From positions 11,853,553 to 11,917,552 of the forward strand of contig CM119267.1 in assembly GCA_051294375.1 (NCBI GenBank): DNA of 64,000 bases, written 5' to 3'. A program made the translations under genes and the position numbers. Below the pieces are notes generated by a model. That model was not told the origin of the DNA, searched no databases, and worked only from the letters and a program-made list of their open reading frames with translations. Of the stretch, positions 37,307-49,400 are shown piece after piece. Each line of letters starts with the position of its first letter. Position 1 is the first letter of the stretch. Origin of the DNA: Paraspadella gotoi. Taxonomy: Eukaryota > Animalia > Chaetognatha.

Positions 37307-39880
37307 TTACCAAAACCTAGACTCTTCCTCGATCTCTTTGAACAAAACCATCCCCGGAGAGGTCGGTGAGAGTAGGGGGGCGTTGGACGACGACGTCGAC
37401 GGCTTCTGAGTTCGCGTCGGCGCCAAAGACGACGAATCCGGAAACGAAAAGACGGGCGTTTCGTCGTTTGCGTTCTCGTTGTTGTTGAAGGAACTTTTCG
37501 GGCTTTCATCGATGTCGCTATTGTGCATGTGACGAACGGTTTTGCTGTTTCTTCGGTTGGGGCTTTTCCGATTTTTTAATTTCGGCCTTTGAGTGACGAA
37601 ATAGTCGCGAGGCTCATTTTCTATATGCTCATATTCCTCGTCGTGGTCGTCATTGTCGCCTTCGTCGCCTCATAAAACAAAATAGCAACGGTTTGAAATT
37701 TCAGATTTTTTTTATTTTTATTAATAAATTAATAATTCATTTCTGATGTTCTACTGTTCAATTTACTGTTATCTAATTTGTGTTCTGTAAAACCACTGTC
37801 GCCCATGGTCCTCGAACCCGCTGTATGAATAAATACAAATACAAAATTATATTTATCTGTTAGAGGTACCTGCTGCTCTTCCTTTCTTGAGCCCGTTATC
37901 CCTGATCGAAGGGCGATGCGCTGCAATGGTAACGACGAAGTAAATTAACAATAACCATATGAACATTGTAACAATGTACTTTATCAATCGATTTTATTTC
38001 TCCACTCACTCATGGACCGTGTCCACCGTCTCCGTCTTCCAGCATCCGACGCGAAGGTCCAGGGATCGAAGACGGCGTAAAAGATGACCATGACGACGAG
38101 GGTGAAGAGAAGGTCGGCCAAACATGCCCACCCGTAGTTGTCGAAGATCAACTCGAAGATGTGGATCTCGGATCGAATTTGGAAGGAAACTTCCATCCCG
38201 CCCGCACGGTTGATCGCCATGAGGCTATGGTTCTTTAGCGGCACCACCGCTGGAGAGGAGATATACTGTTTGGAGCGAATAAAATATTATAAAATATAAT
38301 AATATGATTTTAAAACTATTCATTTCTTGTTAGATAAGGCTCAGCTTTGCATTTAAGTTTAAAAGGTGTAAAACTTTTTTTTAATTTTTATACCAATAAA
38401 CGAACCAGTTTCTCGAGGGCGGCGATCCATTTTCCCTCAGCCTCGTAATAAACATTTTTCGATACTGGGTCTTTGAAGATGGAGATCCGATTGCCCTGCA
38501 TGACGTCGCAGCCTTGTCTGAAGTAAAAGTAGAGAGCGATTGAAACATAGATGATATAATTTGAGATTGGACCCAGTGTCTCCCAAGCGCCGAGAATCAG
38601 GCGTCGCAAGATGGAGGGCTTTTGATGTTTCGATCCGGATTTTGGGATCTGGCGAAGAAAGAAAAAAGAGTTAAGTTTATTTTTTGGTTAAACATTATCC
38701 CGTCCAAAAGTTTTTCACTTCGGGGGACAAAATGTGAATCAGAGAGAGCGGAAAATTGTTCGAGCCGGATGTAATAAAACGTCTAATGAGATTAAAAATG
38801 GGCAAAAATAACTTCCAGCCATTCGAGCATTCACTACCAGAAAAGTTAAAACTTTAAAACAACAAAAAATGAGAAGAAATAGACAGATTATGGTCCCAAA
38901 CATCTGTTACCGGTCTGAAGAGATGAGCCGGAATGACTCTAAACAGCGTCACGAACGCGACCGCCGTCGCCAAGCTGCCGACGTCCCTCTCCAAAGCAAT
39001 GGAGATCGACGCGCCGAGGAAGCATCCGAGAAACATGGCTGAACACAATGACCACGCAACGAAGGGAGTGAAGATCCCCAGCAGCAGGTAGAGGTTCGTC
39101 GGTTTCTTGCCCGCCGCCAGCTTAACGAGGTGACTGCCATACAGCTTTCTGACGACCGTGAAGGCCATGTTGGCCGTGCCGACGACCAGTTTGATGAGCG
39201 GGAGGTACTCGGCGACAGATCGCGTCGTTTCGGTGTTGCTGCAGTCTGCGATCAGGCAGTCCAATCCTTGGTTCATGCCGCGGCTCAGGCCTTTCGACCA
39301 GCAATGCGAAGGGCCGATGGCAGTCCACCTTTGGGAGCAGGTGGCATTGCGTCCGTAGATTGTGGCGTCATCGCCAATCTCGGCGAACCTCAGCCCGTCC
39401 CAACTTGTCTTCTCGAGATCTTCTGGGATCGGGAGGAACATGCGCTTCTGGCCCAAAGAGATCCGTAGGATAAAGAGCTGGAGGGTATTCTGTCCGATTC
39501 CCTCGCAGAGCACCTCGGATATTGAAAACATGGCCAAGACTTTCTCCCTGTGACTCTGTTTAGACCTGGCCTCGTGACTTAGGCTCTTTGAGGCGTCTGC
39601 TTTAGGGTTGTTACGATCCTTCCATTCTTTCCTCCACGCTTGAAGAGAGTCCAGCAGCTCGTCCCAGTGGAAAAAGATCGGTCCGAGGTTAAACATGAAA
39701 AGAAAAGTGTAGAGCATTTTGGTGGAGGCGTCCTCCAAGCGCGGGTAGATCTTCTGACAGGTGGACATAATCCTCATCCCGATGAAGAAGTTGATGACGG
39801 CCCCGATTGCCATGAAGAGAAAGGTGAAGACGGCCCAGTTGACGTCGCCTTCGTAGCCGTAGTAAAGGAAGAGGTACCTG

Positions 39881-39930
<50 letters not shown>

Positions 39931-42900
39931 ATTGGAATTTTTTGAAAAAACGTTAGGAAAGTTTAGAAACGATCTACAAGGTCTTCAATCTTGACTGATA
40001 CGAAAAAACTTGTAATATAATCAAAACAAAGAGCATTTGGGTTAAAAAAATTTTTTGGACAAATAGATAGTGAAAATAAGTATTTAATTATAATAAAAAT
40101 AACAATTTCAGCTTGGGGAAAAAAATTACAAAAATATGACTTTGTTGATAAATAATAGTTATTATAGTAAATAAGTTAGGTATTACATGAGAATTTTTGT
40201 TTATAATAACAAATCGCCAAACTGATTTTTTATCACCAAAAATTTTTATTTTTATATCAGATAACTTCATAATTAGCATTATTACTTATTAAAGCATTAA
40301 AAACTGTTAAAATTTGGACGAAAGAATAAAGAAAAGTGACTCCACGCTTTAAGCCACTGTGATCATACCATAAAGAAATTGATCATTTATTTAGGTCAAT
40401 ATAAACATCAAATAGTTTTTTAACTCATAAATATTATAAAAATAATATACAGTAAGAGAATTACGAGTTTAATCAAATCTTTTCGTATCAGTCCAGATTG
40501 AAGACCCTGTATAATTTCATTGGCCGAGGTGAGGACCTAAATTTCATTTTTAAGTAGCAAATTCATTTGTTATTTAAAAATAAACAATCAAAACTTTTTC
40601 ACACACCAGTCAGTAGCGACGTCGAAAGAGTAAAGCAATGAAAAGACAACTGGTTTCACCACAAGGAGAACGAGTGAGACGACGAGCACAACGATTCTCG
40701 GGAGTCGCGCTCCGACGCCGGAATCTGATACAGTCTTTTTCGACGCTTCATCGTCTGTCTTTTCCTTCGCACGAATGCGTGCAGCGACCTTGGACTTTTG
40801 CTTTTTCAAAAGGACGACGGCAGCTACGAACCAAATCAGTGCGATCGCTGCACAATATTCCACGATCCTCATCTGCACCGGATGCAGCGCGCAGATCAAG
40901 TAAGTCATTGTGGTGACTTTTTGGGAACCGTTACAGTGATTTAGTTGAGAGAAATTGGCGACGATCGGTTGATCGGCCTTAGATGCGTTCTTCGCGCAAT
41001 TTTCTTCACAACTGATCGACACGAATTTTGGAAAACTCGCTCTAAACGTGTGACTGTTGCTTAGCAACGGACGACCGCCGTCGAGACGCCAAACGATGTC
41101 CGACGAGTTGAGCTCAGGACATTCGAGTTCTTTCGAGGTATCGATGTAGACCCTTTCGTACTTCTCGCAAGAGGGCGAGACTCCCGCCTCGACCCAAGCG
41201 CCCATTTTTTTGTGCGGGTCTTCTGTGCAAGTAATGGATTTGGATCCCTGGAGAGTATAGCCCTTGCGACACTTGAGATAACACGTGGACCCTTTGATCG
41301 AAAAAGGGCAACCCAACATGTTTTCTTGGTGGTAGGGAAGGCAGCCATCTGCAGTTGTAAACGTAATGATATTCATAATTTACGTATTTATTGAAATAAA
41401 ATAATTATTAAAATATTTTTTATTCAACTTCTATTCCTTTTCATTTTTAGATGATTAAGATTCAACCGACCGTATTTTGTCATAGTAAGGTTTTTCCAAA
41501 TATATTTTTTTTCAATCCAGAGCTCCATGTCAGATGATATGAATTTTTGGGTTTTCGTTTCTAGGCCAACTTTATCCAAACAGACAGAATATCCCGACCC
41601 GATTTCATTTGATAAGGCTATCAGCATATTCTTTATGCCGTCCAAGGGAGGATTGCAGGTACAGTTTTCTTGCAGATCGTCATTTGATGAAAGACCTTTA
41701 TTATTGTTTATATTGAGCGAACAAATTTGGTCATCATCTGCTGAGATTTTGACGCTGAATGATGATGATGATCCAGATCCCACAAGAGAGCAAGTCGACA
41801 AGCTAATTTGAAAGTCCTTTACCATTTCTGGATTATGAAAATGAATAATTTATATTATATTCACATAATGATGCAGTATCGCTCTAGGAAACAATTTATT
41901 TTACCTCTTTCGCAATTAAAACCAATGAAAAGGCCGGTGCAATTGCATCGGTATTGATTGATTCCATCGATGCAATTTCCCCCGTTCTGACACGGATTCG
42001 ACTCACAATCATCAATGTCTATTTAAAAGAACATTGAGCCTTTATACTCGTTTTTTATGACTAGTTGGATAAAAACATGAGCTTACTTATGGAACAATTT
42101 TTTCCAGTAAATCCTATGTTGCAATTGCAGGTGTATTTATTTATTCCATCTAGGCAGGTACCGTTATTTGCGCAAGGTTGTACCTCGCACTCATCAATAT
42201 CTAGTTACAACAAAATAATACAAAATATTGATTAAGAATGACTTAATTGCGTTAACCATTGTAGTTGGTGACTGTATAGAAGTGTTCTCATTTGGAGGAC
42301 TTTTAGGTCACGTGGGTCATATCTCTGGCCACCGTGGTCACCTTTTCACGTCGCCAAACTCACTTATCTCACAAGTAGGTCCAGAGAATCCGGGAACGCA
42401 TTGGCAATCGAATCTATTTACATTATTAATGCATGTTGCATTATTTTGACATGGATTGGATGCGCATTCGTCGATGTCTGGTCAAAATATATTGTTTAAA
42501 ACGTAATTGGAATAATGACAATTTTTTGACTAAACCTGTTTCACAGTTTTTTCCAGTGTAGCCAGCTGTGCAGTTACAATAATAGTCGTTAATACTGTGA
42601 ATGCAAGTGCCCATTTTACAAGGGCTCGACGCACATTCATCGATGTCTGGCGGAAAAATATTGAAGTTTTAATATATATTTAGAAAACGATCCTCATTTA
42701 CTTCTGTAATTTTTTTATAAATTACTATAACAGAGAATATCAATATTGGGTAAAAACCTTCGGAGCACTGGGTTCCAGCGTATCCTGGAACGCAATGGCA
42801 AGTGTAATATGTGTCACCGTCTTCGCAGGTGGCGCCGTTTTGGCACGGATTTGGTTCACAGAAGTCAACGTCTTAACAAAAAGAGAAAAGAGCATCGATG

Positions 42901-44389
42901 AGAGATGAATGCCATTGTGAATTTACTAATAAATTGCTCATAACATTACGTACCTATTTCGCAGAGTTTACCCGTGAACCCTCGTTCGCACTTGCATTCG
43001 AAAGCATTGATGTTATCCAGACAGATTCCATTGACGCAAGGATTTGAGACACATTCGTCGATATCTATGTATTAGTAAAATAGAGAGAGTCAATAAACTA
43101 TTCCGCATTAATTTAAATAATCCGCCTATGCCTTACCCCTTTGACAAATTCCTAAACTGTCAGAGATGTTTACTTTTTTTCGCGCTAAAAAAAAAAGATG
43201 TTAGTGATAATAAATAATCCCGAAAATTTATTTTGCCGGTAAGTTCAACGTACCTTCTACTAACTCACTGTAAATGAATTCGTTCAGTTGTATAACAGTT
43301 TCATTCGTAAATATTGACCGTGAATTATCAGATTCTTTAATATCAATCACAACATCGAGAAGTGCACCGCGATTCTCTGTTAGCAATAAAATTTGCTGAA
43401 TACTAACGAATGTTTTTTTTAATTTTAAAGCTCAAACATACATGTATATTGTATAAACATTTTACCTCCAATCCAAAGTTTCATGTTGGAAAGCGCGGCA
43501 TAATCGTTCACTACACGAATTTCAATAGCATAACAATAATAATAATATTCATTCGCAAGGGTCTTTTCAGCAAAAAATTCATGGCCCTTTCCACCCTGTA
43601 GATGTTTATCATAGCCGTATCGGCAATCATTGTTAATAGCTATTATATCGTGTTGCTGCTTTACACTATAGTGCGCTTTGAATTTTATTTTTTCCACTTT
43701 AACCGGCCAATCAAAGTGGAACCACCATCGAACGGTTTTCTGTTTAAACTCTTTAGAGCACCAATAATCATACGGACTCCCGTCAAGAAACGCATCTTTT
43801 GGGGGGTAGTTAGCGATTTTGCTATATATTTCCGAGGTAGCAACTGCAACTCCATTTTTTTCTTTGTCCAAAGTTAATGCTGAAAATTTTGTAGTCACAT
43901 TTATTGGATTAATGATTTAAGATATTGTAATTGTTAATATTTAAAAAAATACCCTTTTCAGGAGCAAGATACCAATATTTTCCCGCCATGTCAAAATTCT
44001 TCAACAACGATTTGATTTCACTTATTTTATCAGTGTCCAGAACTGCCAACCGGCGACCGTCTTCAAGTAGAAACAAAGTTATCAAAATTTAAACAATGAA
44101 CAAAATTTTAAAATTGAGAAAATTACTCCTTTTTCTATATCCAGTTCCAGTTAAAACTTCCCATCGTTTTTTCCTGCTTACCCTCACTTTCGCACCATTG
44201 CCCGTGTTCAGCGATGCTTCCATCATTCCACACGACCGAATATTCGAAACCATTCATGGTTCCGAGGTGAACCATCGGCGGAGATTCCGACAACGACGAC
44301 GAAGCACGATAAACGAACAAAAATAGGAATAGAACATAACTTGCAATGATCCCGCTAAAATTACATATTTGCACGACAAGAGGCGCCAT
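37307..44389 (-). CDS. ~1,500-aa receptor-like XK-related protein: signal peptide - CTLD-like - discoidin/F5-8C-like - 6x Ca-binding EGF - PLAT/LH2 - Sushi - Ig-like - TM - XK-related multi-pass domain - acidic tail
   Basis: 19 phase-consistent GT-AG exons: 44389-44182, 44060-43953, 43879-43466, 43376-43254, 43184-43137, six EGF exons between ~43064 and ~41905 (DIDEC...CxCxxGxxGxxC), 41827-41471 (PLAT-like), 41348-40607 (Sushi, Ig-like, TM, start of XK), 39877-38911, ~38649-38406, ~38265-38010, ~37920-37870, ~37820-37767, ~37668-37307. XK hallmarks: [11 protein letters not shown]|[21 protein letters not shown] and [24 protein letters not shown]. Confidence 0.85.
39977..40509. mobile_element. 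Tc1/mariner-type MITE in the intron that splits the first XK helix
   Basis: TA|CAAGGTCTTCAATCTTGACTGATACGAAAA...TTTTCGTATCAGTCCAGATTGAAGACCCTG|TA: ~30-bp TIR and TA target duplication. Confidence 0.85.
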
Positions 44390-45483
44390 CTTGGACGTAA
44401 TTTTCGGATCTGAAGAAAATCCCGGCGACTTGAGATATTATACGTACAATAAAATGGCTCCCACAAAGGTTTCATTCAACACGAGGATATACACGGATTA
44501 TCCGATGTAGAAACTCCCCGGTTTAATCCCGCAGAATTGACTAACACTTTGATTAGGAAATAGATATCTAGTGATCAGAGATTATACCATAAATCGGAAT
44601 AAAAATATTAGCTGAGGGAAAAGTCGACATAAAATATATGTTCATATACGTTAAATGAAAAAAAAATAGGGAAAAAAAGCTTGGACTGAAGAATAAATCT
44701 ATGAAATTGGTACAACCAATATAAAAATTATCTACGTATATCTTTTTACCCGCAGAGTCTAACGTTCGTGTTGCCCATCCAAAGCAGTTTTGACTAGAGT
44801 TTAGGAAAAGTATTTTTTAATGTATAAACGTAATTAAAACACGGTTCAGAAAAACGAACGAATAACGGTCATGATAATTGATATTTGTGAAAAAGTCGTC
44901 GTTGTTGTTGTTTTTGTTGTTGTCGTCGCCGCAAATTGACCTTAAAATGCTTAACTTAAGTCAAACGAAGTTGAGGGAAAGAGATAAGGTCAAACGTTTC
45001 ATCAGTGACAATGTGTGTAAAACTATCTGTATCACTCATTTTCAGGATGAATATTCCACTGTTGTCCCGCTTATCTCCTGTTTCGCAATCGCCCCTAAAA
45101 CTTTAGACAGTAGACAAATATCTTATTTTGAATTCGTTCGTTGCGTAATAATGTTTATCATTCCTAATCGCATTCTTGGTCTGGTAAATAAGGGAAGTAG
45201 AGGCTTGAATATGTAACTTATGGGCACAATGGTTCGTGGTAAAGTCGTCGTTGGTCGAGGTTAGGTTCTTCGTTTGGAGGTGACACAATGTAGTAATTAT
45301 CGAGTGGCATTCGGCAATAAATCACGACAGAATTTCTTATTAGAAACTAACGTGTACCATTTCAATAGCGCCATCGTAAATCATAGAAAATGTCGTTTAC
45401 GAACGACGTTTTTCTCTCGGACTGAAGACTTTTCACCTCGGCAACCCTAATCAATTTTTAAGACCTCCGGGACCTGGCGTGAA

Positions 45484-45582
<99 letters not shown>

Positions 45583-46113
45583 TAAAAATTTGGCGGGTAT
45601 CCTTTCTCGTTTCTTTTGGGAAGAGGGATTAGGGAGGAGCGAGCCAGGGGGCAAGGGTGAGGAAAAAAATGACGTGTCTGGTTTTGAAATATACTAAGAG
45701 GCGGATTTTGATACGAACCAGATATTAAGAAACCTAAAAAAAATATTTTTATTTTTATCTTTTTTTACATATAAATGTGTCGAAAAGAAAAAACAGACAA
45801 TTCGTATGAGGATCAGATCTCAGTTTTTCTTTTTTGACGGACAAAAAGAAAAAAAATTCTTTACTCGAAACTTTTCGCGCGCGTCGATCGGAGCGAGTCT
45901 TCGAGCATCTCGTCCGTAATTCCTGGGTCCCATCCCGCACCTGCCCTGCGTAGTGTGTATTTATAGCGGAAATATTTTTAAGCCGACGATATTGAAACTT
46001 GTTGCGTCCACACTGTCACCGATTCTCAGGATCCGTCTCTAATCCCATTTACTCGATTTTTTCTCCACTATTTTTTACTCCTGTTTTTGAAAAAAGGTTT
46101 TACTCTTTAAATT

Positions 46114-46362
46114 ATGAGGCTAATCCGACGAGAAATTTTCCGCAACAATTTTTCTGCATCAATAAGAATCTGCAGTCGCTTTTTTTCATTATTTTTAATA
46201 TTTTTTCTTGTGGCCGATGCTTTCAAAATCTATTGGAACGCTCCGTCGGAAAATTGTGGGTTTCTAAATCTCACCGCCAGGTTAATAAACTATAGTTCCC
46301 AAGTAAATCATTTGGATCGGTCAATCAATCAATCAATTAGTAAATCAATAAATAAAAAAATC

Positions 46363-46430
<68 letters not shown>

Positions 46431-49400
46431 CGAAAACAATTTTAAAAAGAAAAACCTTTAATCCAGATTCGGTTTGACAACCAACTCGAACGAGTCCTTC
46501 AGACTGGGAGACGAGATCGTCATCTTCTACGACCACGAGTTCGGCCGCATCCCCTACTACAACCCCGAAGATAACGCCTACTACTACGGCGGCATCCCGC
46601 AGCTGGGCGAGTGGAGGCTGCACCTCGAGCAGCTCGAGAGAGACGTCAACCGCTTCATCCCTGACCGAGACTTTCGGGTGAGGACGGGCGATGGAGTTGG
46701 AATATGAGACCAGGGCTTAGGGATTAACGAGACGATTAGGATCTAATTATAATATGAGACCAGGGCTTAGGGATTAACGAGACGATTAGGATCTTATTAT
46801 AATATGAGACCAGGGCTTAGGGATTAACGAGACGATTAGGATCTAATTATAATATGAGACCAGGGCTTAGGGATTAACGAGACGATTAGGATCTTATTAT
46901 AAACTTTTGCAAAACGAAAATAGGTTAGGTTTTTGCTATTGTAGGAAAAAAATATCCCAAAAAAATTAAATACCCTGAAGGTAAGGTAAGGGAATAAGAG
47001 AAATAAATAGTATTTTTATTCATTTTATTCAGGGTTTGGCCATTTTAGATTGGGAGGAATGGCGTCCCCGTTGGGCGACGATGTGGAAAGGCTCGGACAA
47101 GTTTTGGCCTTACCAGGATTTGTCGATACGGAAAGCTCAGCGGGATCACCCAAGGGCGAGGGTAAGGTTAAATTGTAAACATTTGACGAAAATTTTTGCT
47201 TAACAAATTATAATAATAAAAATAATAATAACTTAAAATAATAACTATGTTCGAAAGCCATCTAAACGATTTATGGATTAGCAGTAATTTATCGCTCAAG
47301 CCCGGAAGATCTACTTTGTACTAAATCACTTAACTATCAATCTTAATCTCACTCTCGATAAATGATAATTTACGGCTTCCAAAGGAATAATCAAATATAT
47401 CGGGCAGGCATATACTCTATGTATAAGTTATATTTCTGACATAGAAGGGGAAAAAGTCACACGTTCGCAAAGAAATAACGATAAATAATTGTACGGTGAC
47501 CTTATATTTTTATATATCGGTCGTCCTTCTTTAAATCTAGTTCTCCTAAAAACTTTTCCTCAGCTTTACAATAAGAAAATTCACATTTCTCAATCTCATC
47601 TCGTCCGAAATAACGGAGTTGGTTTTTCTTTCGTTTTTAGTACGGGGAACGGGAGGTTTGTGGATTGGGTTGAAAAATCAGCGAATATTAATATTCTTAG
47701 GCATAGACTCGAAAATGAAAACAAAGAAATATTTTTTTTCGCCGTCGCCGAATATAATATTTTGTCAGGGGATTTCGAGAAATAAATCGGAAGCGAGAAT
47801 GGGGAATAAGCGGGATAAATAAGAGAAAAAAAAATAAAGAAAGAAAGAAAAAAGAAAGAAGTAAAGAAAGAAAGAAAGAACAGAAAGAAAAAAAAGACGG
47901 ACGAGAGAAGATGATCTAAATAACGAAAAGAGAAACTTAATGAAACTGGATCAATGACTTCCGTCTAAGCTTCTTTATTGCGACAACAGTGAGGGGAGAG
48001 GAGCACAATTACCATTCAACAGTGAAAAAATGTCATAAATAAAAAGGTTAAAAAAAAAGACCTTTCCTTATGTCGTGGGCGAATTCACTTTTCCTTATAC
48101 ATCCTACCATCCCGTTCGAACATCCCCCACCGGACCACCCCCGATCGTCGAAACACCCTCTAACTCCAAGAGGAGTCTTCGTTTGGCGGAGGCCTGGGCC
48201 TCGCTCGAATGGGATCAAAGCGCCAACAGGTGGCTCAAGGAGACGCTGGCTCATTGCAAGAGACTCCGCCCCAAGGCGCGATGGGGTTACTACCATTATC
48301 CGGACTGCTTTCAGTATAAAAGTACGTACCAGAGATTCTTTCCTAATCGTACTTTTTCTTTTAAAATGTCGTCCGAATGGAACACCGTATTATTATTATA
48401 TTTAATATTATTTATTATTAGTAAATTTTGGCTCTGTAAACTTCAATAATTTTTAAAACTTAAAATTTTATTAACTATGTGTGTGGCGTTCAGTGTTTGC
48501 ACTTCTTTCTTAGACAAGGATTGCAAGGAAATTGCAGTGGACACCAATGATTATCAGTACGCGTGGATGTGGAAATATCAGGACGCCTATTTTCCTTGCG
48601 GATATCACGGTCTTAACAGGTGAAACAAATTATTTGTAATCAAAAACTACATTTAAAATGCCCTGTTTATCGTGAAAGATTTATCAGCTCACAAAGGAGT
48701 GACTCACTAATTTGAGTGACTCGAAAGTATTCCGCTTAATTCCGTGAAAAAATATTTAATTGCATTTCATTGGTTTACAATCAATTTATTTTTTAAAAAC
48801 ATTCGTGATTAAGAGTTTTTGAATTTTTTTGAGACAGCTAAACATATATAGTGATTATTTAAGTACAGCGTAGACTGTGTAGACTGTGTTTGACTAACGC
48901 GTCTAGAGCCTCGGTTGTTGCTGAGTCGTTACGGAAATGGATTGTGATTCCGGATTCGACATCCAACCAGACCTCGTGGAATCTGGCATCGAAACGGGAG
49001 TTGAACCCGACGTCGCCGCTGGCGCTCTCACGACATTATCAGATGTCGTGTCAATACCGACGGCGCCTGCAGCCTCGGCTGCTGGAATCCAACCTAAATC
49101 GTAGGGCGGCGGCGGCGGTTCGTCTGCTGGCGCCGACGGTTTTGGAAAATCCAGCGCTGCGACGTAAGGTGGCGGCGCTTGCGGCGTTACCGCAGCGCCG
49201 TCTATTGTTGTGATCGTGCGAGTTTCATTATCGATTATAAGAATGTTTATATCTCAGTTTCTTGTCTAAATTACGTTGCATTACTTATTACTTATTACTA
49301 AGATTAATATATTATGGTGGACTAAAATCCACCAACCGTTCATCAGCGGTCATTGGTGCCGGAGGCAAGTCATTCGTCTCCCAACCCAAAGGTCCGGGGT

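Noticed and set aside
44750-46050. Exon-like blocks and a TATAAAT on the minus strand between the XK fusion and hyaluronidase
   Set aside because: No open frame could be chained; possibly 5' UTR exons but unsupported.
46701-46900. CRISPR-like regular repeat
   Set aside because: No unique spacers, eukaryotic intron context, no cas genes; a plain minisatellite.
49300-49350. CTGATGA on the minus strand followed by a hairpin (hammerhead ribozyme core?)
   Set aside because: No GAAA after the stem in either copy, so the catalytic core cannot be completed.
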